From: a virus
Taxonomy: Duplodnaviria > Heunggongvirae > Uroviricota > Caudoviricetes
Strand: one strand, 5' to 3'
DNA: 8,235 nt
Virus record (IMG/VR): IMGVR_UViG_2651869696_000011
Under the pieces are notes generated by a model that had not been told where the DNA came from, did no database searches, and was given only the letters and a program-made list of their open reading frames with translations. Positions 6,540 through 8,235 of the stretch are shown one piece after another. The position numbers were made by a program, and so were the translations under genes. Position 1 is the first letter of the stretch. The number at the start of each line of letters is the position of its first letter.

Positions 6540-6898
6540 TTCTTAGTCTCCGGTGCTTTCGGTATTACTGCCCAGTGAGTAATATTGACGTTTTCAAGGT
6601 CCCCGACTTGAAATGTCCACTGCCATTCTCCGGTTTCTTTTTGCCCCCATGTGTACCAGAGAGAACGCCAGCCAATCAGCCAGCCTTCTCCGTTAGCATC
6701 AAATAACAGAACACTTTCATTTGCTGGCGGCAGTTCAGCTGACACTGGTATTACTTTGTTTTCCAGTGCTGCACATTTAGCTTCAAGCGCATCAAATTTA
6801 CGCACCAGGTATTCAGCATCCGTTTCATTCACTTTCAGATCTCGCGGTACACATTTCCCGCGCAGAAACCCTTCCATTTCGAAAACATTCATGCGCAT
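6536..6898 (-). CDS. DUF551-like phage protein (120 aa; YfdS-like)
   Basis: Trp-rich C-terminal segment (GWLIGWRSLWYTWGQ...ITHWAVIPKAPE) resembles the DUF551 signature found in lambdoid prophage early regions. Its start ATG (6896-6898) lies 7 nt inside the upstream HD gene (ATGCGCATGA). Confidence 0.55.
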   Translation of the reverse strand: MRMNVFEMEGFLRGKCVPRDLKVNETDAEYLVRKFDALEAKCAALENKVIPVSAELPPANESVLLFDANGEGWLIGWRSLWYTWGQKETGEWQWTFQVGDLENVNITHWAVIPKAPETKK

Positions 6899-7425
6899 TT
6901 GTGTAACTCCGATAATTCGTTAAAGCGTTCCATAAACATCCCGTAGGCATGGCCTGGAGCCAGTGGAATCACGTTGAATATCTCTGTTGCCGGGATACCT
7001 TCCAGCACAGGCCAGAAAGAGCCATCATCAAGCCCGAGATCGCGGCGTTCGGTTGCCAGCATGATGAGATCGGCATATTTCACGGGTGTACTCATAACCG
7101 GGGGTAACCCGTATTTCTCACGGATTACGGCGTCTATTTTTTCTTCCATCCGTTTATAGTCAGGAAGAAGGCGTTTCAGTGGTGCGGGGATGTCCTGGCA
7201 ATACGCTTCTGTTGCATCATGCATTAACGCTTCAAAAGCAAACTCCTGCGGTACCAGCTGGCTGCAAAGCACCGCATGTTGGGCGACGCTGTAGAAGTGT
7301 GAAAGATGACCAGCAAAGCGACAGATATTTGAAAGGGAAACCGCGATATCGTTAATAACGATGTCGTCTTTATTTATCTTGTCATAATAAAAATGCTTCC
7401 CGGAAAAAGTTTTAATAAATGACAT
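6889..7425 (-). CDS. yfdR: HD-domain phosphohydrolase, YfdR-like (178 aa)
   Basis: H...HD motif (RFAGH, SVAQH, MHDATEAY) typical of HD-superfamily enzymes. The ORF track begins at TTG 7506, but the ATG at 7423-7425 (MSFIKTF...) has a strong SD (gtggaga, 5-nt spacer) and gives the recalled 178-aa length of E. coli CPS-53 YfdR. Symbol is from memory, not a search. Confidence 0.7.
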   Translation of the reverse strand: MSFIKTFSGKHFYYDKINKDDIVINDIAVSLSNICRFAGHLSHFYSVAQHAVLCSQLVPQEFAFEALMHDATEAYCQDIPAPLKRLLPDYKRMEEKIDAVIREKYGLPPVMSTPVKYADLIMLATERRDLGLDDGSFWPVLEGIPATEIFNVIPLAPGHAYGMFMERFNELSELHKCA

Positions 7426-7545
7426 TTCGTTCTCCACTTTATATGCGCTGCACTGCGCTGAATTTTGGGAAAAGGAAGCCCTCGCCATCCGGCGATTATT
7501 AAGCAATTACGTTTCAATAGATGCCCCCGCAGGGGCGGTTAGTTT

Positions 7546-7740
7546 CTCCACAAAACAGAGAAGAACACCTGCGGTGACCGCCGCCCGGATGGATTGGGTT
7601 ATGAGCCCGTCGTCCGGTGATGCTCTTCTCTGTTTTGTAAAAAGAGCGGTACCAGCCGGAAGCAAGGGTACAAACTGGTACCGCCAGGACTACACACAGC
7701 ATAAAGTTGTGGTGCCGGGTGCCTCCCGGTGCCTGGCGAA
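7546..7740. other. GC-rich structured non-coding region (candidate ncRNA or cis-regulatory element)
   Basis: 15-bp inverted repeat acaaaacagagaaga (7550-7564) / tcttctctgttttgt (7624-7638) enclosing 59 nt. Perfect 10-bp hairpin gcggtaccag (7646-7655) / ctggtaccgc (7675-7684) with a 19-nt loop. Three ggtgcc direct repeats (7711-7733). The region is open in several frames on both strands with no RBS-supported ORF, which is typical of GC-rich non-coding DNA. Confidence 0.4.
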
Positions 7741-7938
7741 GGTTGCACACCAGACGGGTGGGTATCCACAGAAGGTCGACTGTCAGCCTCAACCTTAACC
7801 CGCGTGCGCTGAGCCGCATTCACCACAACGCTAAGGATTCTCTTTGGTTGAAAATACTTAGCTGTTATGTGCCTGTCTTTTCACCACTTCAGGCTCGGTG
7901 GTATCCTTTTAAGCCCGTATACATAAAAGGAAAATCAA

Positions 7939-8148
7939 ATGACTTTTGATGAAAAAGAACTTGATAATGCAATTAATAAAATCATCGTAACGTCGCTCTT
8001 TTCCTGTCTCAGCGACACTCAGCAGAAACAGTTCTACGAATCGGCTTTCAACATGATCGAGCGTTGTTGTTTCTGCGATGCCGACGAGTTACCTGAAAAA
8101 ATCAGGAAACAGTTGGCTGATGCTCTTCGAGTGCGACTTTCTGGGTGA
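7939..8148 (+). CDS. Hypothetical protein (69 aa), divergent from the int-xis operon
   Basis: ATG at 7939 preceded by aagga (7927-7931) with a 7-nt spacer. No family recognised. Confidence 0.5.
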   Translation: MTFDEKELDNAINKIIVTSLFSCLSDTQQKQFYESAFNMIERCCFCDADELPEKIRKQLADALRVRLSG

Positions 8149-8235
8149 TGCTGCCAACTTACTGATTTAGTGTATGATGGTGTTTTTGAGGTGCTCCAGT
8201 GGCTTCTGTTTCTATCAGCTGTCCCTCCTGTTCAG

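Larger units (their letters stand above)
4066..8235. mobile_element. End of a second integrative element (prophage-like; continues right of the window)
   Basis: A second, unrelated tyrosine integrase with an overlapping excisionase, then phage-type small genes (DUF551-like, HD-domain YfdR-like). The integrase 3' end faces the att core, with an AT-rich moron in between. Confidence 0.6.

Noticed and set aside
6651-7159. Plus-strand ORFs 6651-6923 and 6974-7159
   Set aside because: Antisense to the DUF551-like and HD-domain genes, which have RBSs and coupled starts; serine/arginine-rich translations.
7426-7513. REP/BIME-like element (gccatccggcg motif)
   Set aside because: Only a partial resemblance to the REP consensus, with a missing base and no paired inverted copy; not supportable.
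7550-7638. Retron msr/msd non-coding RNA (flanking inverted repeats resemble a1/a2)
   Set aside because: No reverse-transcriptase gene follows on either strand within the window; the next gene is a 69-aa protein. Inverted repeats alone are not sufficient.
7514-7949. Four overlapping ORFs (74-101 aa) on both strands in the GC-rich block
   Set aside because: They overlap each other in different frames, lack RBSs and have proline/arginine/glycine-rich low-complexity translations typical of GC-rich non-coding DNA.
1-8235. CRISPR array or tRNA gene
   Set aside because: No regularly spaced direct repeats of CRISPR type and no cloverleaf-compatible sequence with a T-loop consensus was seen; the GC-rich blocks are better explained as cos and structured spacers.

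Overview
The window appears to span the junction of two integrative elements sitting in tandem at the 3' end of the tmRNA gene (ssrA). No searches or alignments were run; all family assignments are from reading the sequence and from memory. Left part (1 to ~4065): the end of a P4-like phage satellite, with a psu-like gene (5' end outside the window), a GC-rich spacer carrying an exact P2/P4-type 19-nt cos sequence (643-661), a strongly AT-rich two-gene cargo operon (959-1342 and 1342-2661) and a P4-family tyrosine integrase (2658-3854, minus strand). A 27-nt copy of the ssrA 3' end (4039-4065, minus strand) with no tmRNA body marks the boundary. Right part (4066 to end): a prophage-like element with an AT-rich membrane-anchored 'moron' gene (4104-4883), a second unrelated tyrosine integrase (4925-6097) overlapping an excisionase, a translationally coupled leftward operon (HD-domain YfdR-like, DUF551-like, small protein), a GC-rich structured non-coding region (about 7510-7850) and a divergent small gene (7939-8148). 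The best candidate for an undescribed system is the two-gene cargo operon, which sits exactly where P4-like satellites carry anti-phage defence cargo; the moron next to the attachment core is a second candidate.
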